Notes under the pieces: generated by a model
What the model saw: only the letters and a program-made list of their open reading frames with translations
What the model was told of the DNA's origin: nothing
Databases searched by the model: none
Source: Raillietiella orientalis
Taxonomy: Eukaryota
Reading direction: 5' to 3'
Length of the DNA: 64,000 bases
Assembly (NCBI GenBank): GCA_036172245.1
Contig: JAYWIR010000016.1
Location: 2,232,001 to 2,296,000 of the forward strand
In this document: positions 62,101-64,000 of the stretch, piece by piece
How the letters are laid out: the number at the start of each line of letters is the position of its first letter
Numbering within the stretch: the first letter of the stretch is position 1
Made by a program: the position numbers and the translations under genes

Positions 62101-63531
62101 CTTCAACCAGTTGCACATGAGACACCAAAACATCAAAATTAATATGTGCCATGTCCTGAACATCAGCCAAATATGACAGATATCATGGGGATACAAAGCA
62201 ACTAATACGTACGCTGATTCTGTTGAAAACTGATCTGATAACACGAGGAAGTATTCCAAATTCTGCTTCTTCCATTGCACATGATAAACCAGGTCCAATT
62301 GCAGTATATGTTTTTCCAGATTGCTGAGATCCATATACTATTACTGTACAATTGTAACCTAAAATTGGAAGTGGTTAACTTAAATTCAGTTTTATATTCA
62401 CTGAAACATCTCAATTTAATATAGTACCACCTGGCTACACTGTATTCACAGCACTCAAAAAGAAATAGTCTTATGAAAACAAAATTCTGATAAGAGATAA
62501 TTCTGTCAAAGAGAATTTCAATACTGACAAGAAAGAAGTTGTAAGGTACCATACCTTCTCAGATGTACAGTTGCACAGATGTGAAAATGATATTAACAAA
62601 TGAGAAGAACAGATAATTATAATGCCCGATTTCAACATAAGGACTTAAATGCAATTACTTCAAACTAACAGTATGATTTAAAACATATTGGGTACCCTTT
62701 AGTTTTGTGACAGAACAAATGAGTAGACTGTACTAAAATCACTACTTTATCTTTAGTGCATCATGTTGACTAATACTCCAAAGAGAAAGCTACATGATTT
62801 TCTCTTTTTCTCAGTTTTGAAATAAATCAAAAACAGCAATCTAAGTGACTGAAAGAAAATCATAGGCTACACAAAAGCAAACACCTAAACAAAACCTCAA
62901 GAAAAATCATTAAAAAATCTACCAACACAATGAATGACTATAGGTTTACTGCAGATATATATTAAGATTTGGAGCTGTTCTATAAGCAGGTTGCTTCACA
63001 GTACATTTGGAAAGCACAGAAAAAAATCAAACAAACTATTTGTAACGACAATGCAGAGATGACATCATTAAATCTCAATCCAGCATAAGAAATGAGTTCA
63101 GAAAGGCACTGCTGTACAATTTCAAGGATTTTCAATGAAATAAAAAAACACGAAAGTACCTCACCTTCAAATAACAAATCAATCAATGGCTCAACAGAAT
63201 TCCTAAACACATCTTTCTGGCTACAATTCGAATCAAACACATGGTGTAATTTACATACAGTTCCATTAATCTGAACAGTGCTTTTGGTTAAAAACCTCAA
63301 CTCGAGTATCTGACTGGCAAAAGGTAACGAGGGCATGACCTGAAATATGAACATGCACCACTGATGTGATTCAAGACAAAATAAAAAACTTACTCGAAGT
63401 GAAACATATATTGGTAACTGATTCTCGTCATAATGCTCGCCAACAAAATCAGGGGAATACATATCATCTTTCGTATTTTGGGAACTATCCCCAAAGCTAT
63501 GCCTTTTGCTATCATTAAGATAGTAATACAT
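59190..63531 (-). CDS. cos: Kinesin-like protein Costal-2 (KIF7/KIF27 family, Hedgehog pathway), about 1008 aa, 13 coding exons
   Basis: Exons 63531-63394, 63339-63165, 62358-62213, 62155-62057, 62015-61853, 61808-61666, 61626-61430, 61392-61178, 61119-60928, 60884-60583, 60535-60294, 60251-59368, 59320-59190; phases consistent, some internal boundaries are best guesses. P-loop GYNCTVIVYGSQQSGKTYT, GILPR, ESFGGN; Cos2-type FAKQQYEKLVSSAEQL and WLCLKEECQEC; coiled coil LLELDEAVEAIDASIEYKN; C-terminal TKVTREGNKIIIQQ. Confidence 0.9.
59368..60251 (-). CDS. cos: Cos2 large coiled-coil exon
   Basis: LRIEIRKLRR...LLELDEAVEAIDASIEYKNN...LLYKYFHKTLDLRE, typical of KIF7/KIF27/Cos2. Confidence 0.93.
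62213..62358 (-). CDS. cos: Cos2 P-loop exon
   Basis: GYNCTVIVYGSQQSGKTYTAIGPGLSCAMEEAEFGILPRVIRSVF; ttttag/gtacgt boundaries. Confidence 0.92.
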
Positions 63532-64000
63532 TTCCTATTCAAAACCAATGAATTGACGACACATTTTTCCTTATACGACCCTGAAAACAAAAGAATTATT
63601 AAGATGGCAAACCGACTGGAGATAATGCAATGAGATCTCGAAAAACTTACCATTAATTACTTAATTAACATCGTCGACAGCTTAAAAGCATTCAAGCTCA
63701 CACCGTTCTCCTTTCTCTCGTCGATTCACTACCCGTCTATTTTGAATCTCCAAACATAAACTATGTGAACGATTTGGTGCCAAGGTAGAAAGAGCTTTTC
63801 TCACCAAATAAATAAAATTTTGTACGAACTACATGCAATACAGTGTAGGTAGGTGTATGTAGCGTGCAGATTGTTATGTTGTAATTTTTTTCCCTAACAA
63901 AAAAGTGATGTAACATAAATAACGACAAAGACTAACAATTAACGAAACTGTAGTCAAAAATCTCGGAAATTTATTCTGGCTTAAATAAACACTAAATACA

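Noticed and set aside
1..64000. CRISPR array, tRNA genes, prokaryotic operons
   Set aside because: No regularly spaced repeats or cloverleaf seen; the genes carry spliceosomal introns

Overview
This is eukaryotic, almost certainly arthropod, genomic DNA with three spliced protein-coding genes. I assembled them by hand from GT-AG boundaries with consistent reading phase. (1) A Ca2+/calmodulin-dependent cyclic-nucleotide phosphodiesterase of the PDE1 family on + (about 11.7-28.1 kb, 10 exons, about 518 aa, 5' end uncertain). (2) A onecut CUT+homeodomain transcription factor on - (45507-34402, 3 exons, about 680 aa). (3) A Costal-2/KIF7-KIF27 Hedgehog-pathway kinesin-like gene on - (63531-59190, 13 coding exons, about 1008 aa) with very small 37-58 bp introns and a degenerate motor. 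Much of the GC-rich intergenic and intronic DNA appears to be heavily decayed non-LTR (LINE, APE+RT) remnants. I recognised these only from scattered degenerate motifs, and most lie on the - strand; the many long Arg/Gly/Pro-rich ORFs there are not credible genes. Curiosities: a recent copy of a PDE1 intron that starts exactly at its 5' splice site; LINE 5' ends with a degenerate HDV-ribozyme-like layout placed just past host poly(A) signals; a strong orientation bias of the LINE debris; and sharp GC/CpG domains. I found no CRISPR array, rRNA, tRNA or prokaryotic system. TE and ribozyme calls are by eye and need computational confirmation.
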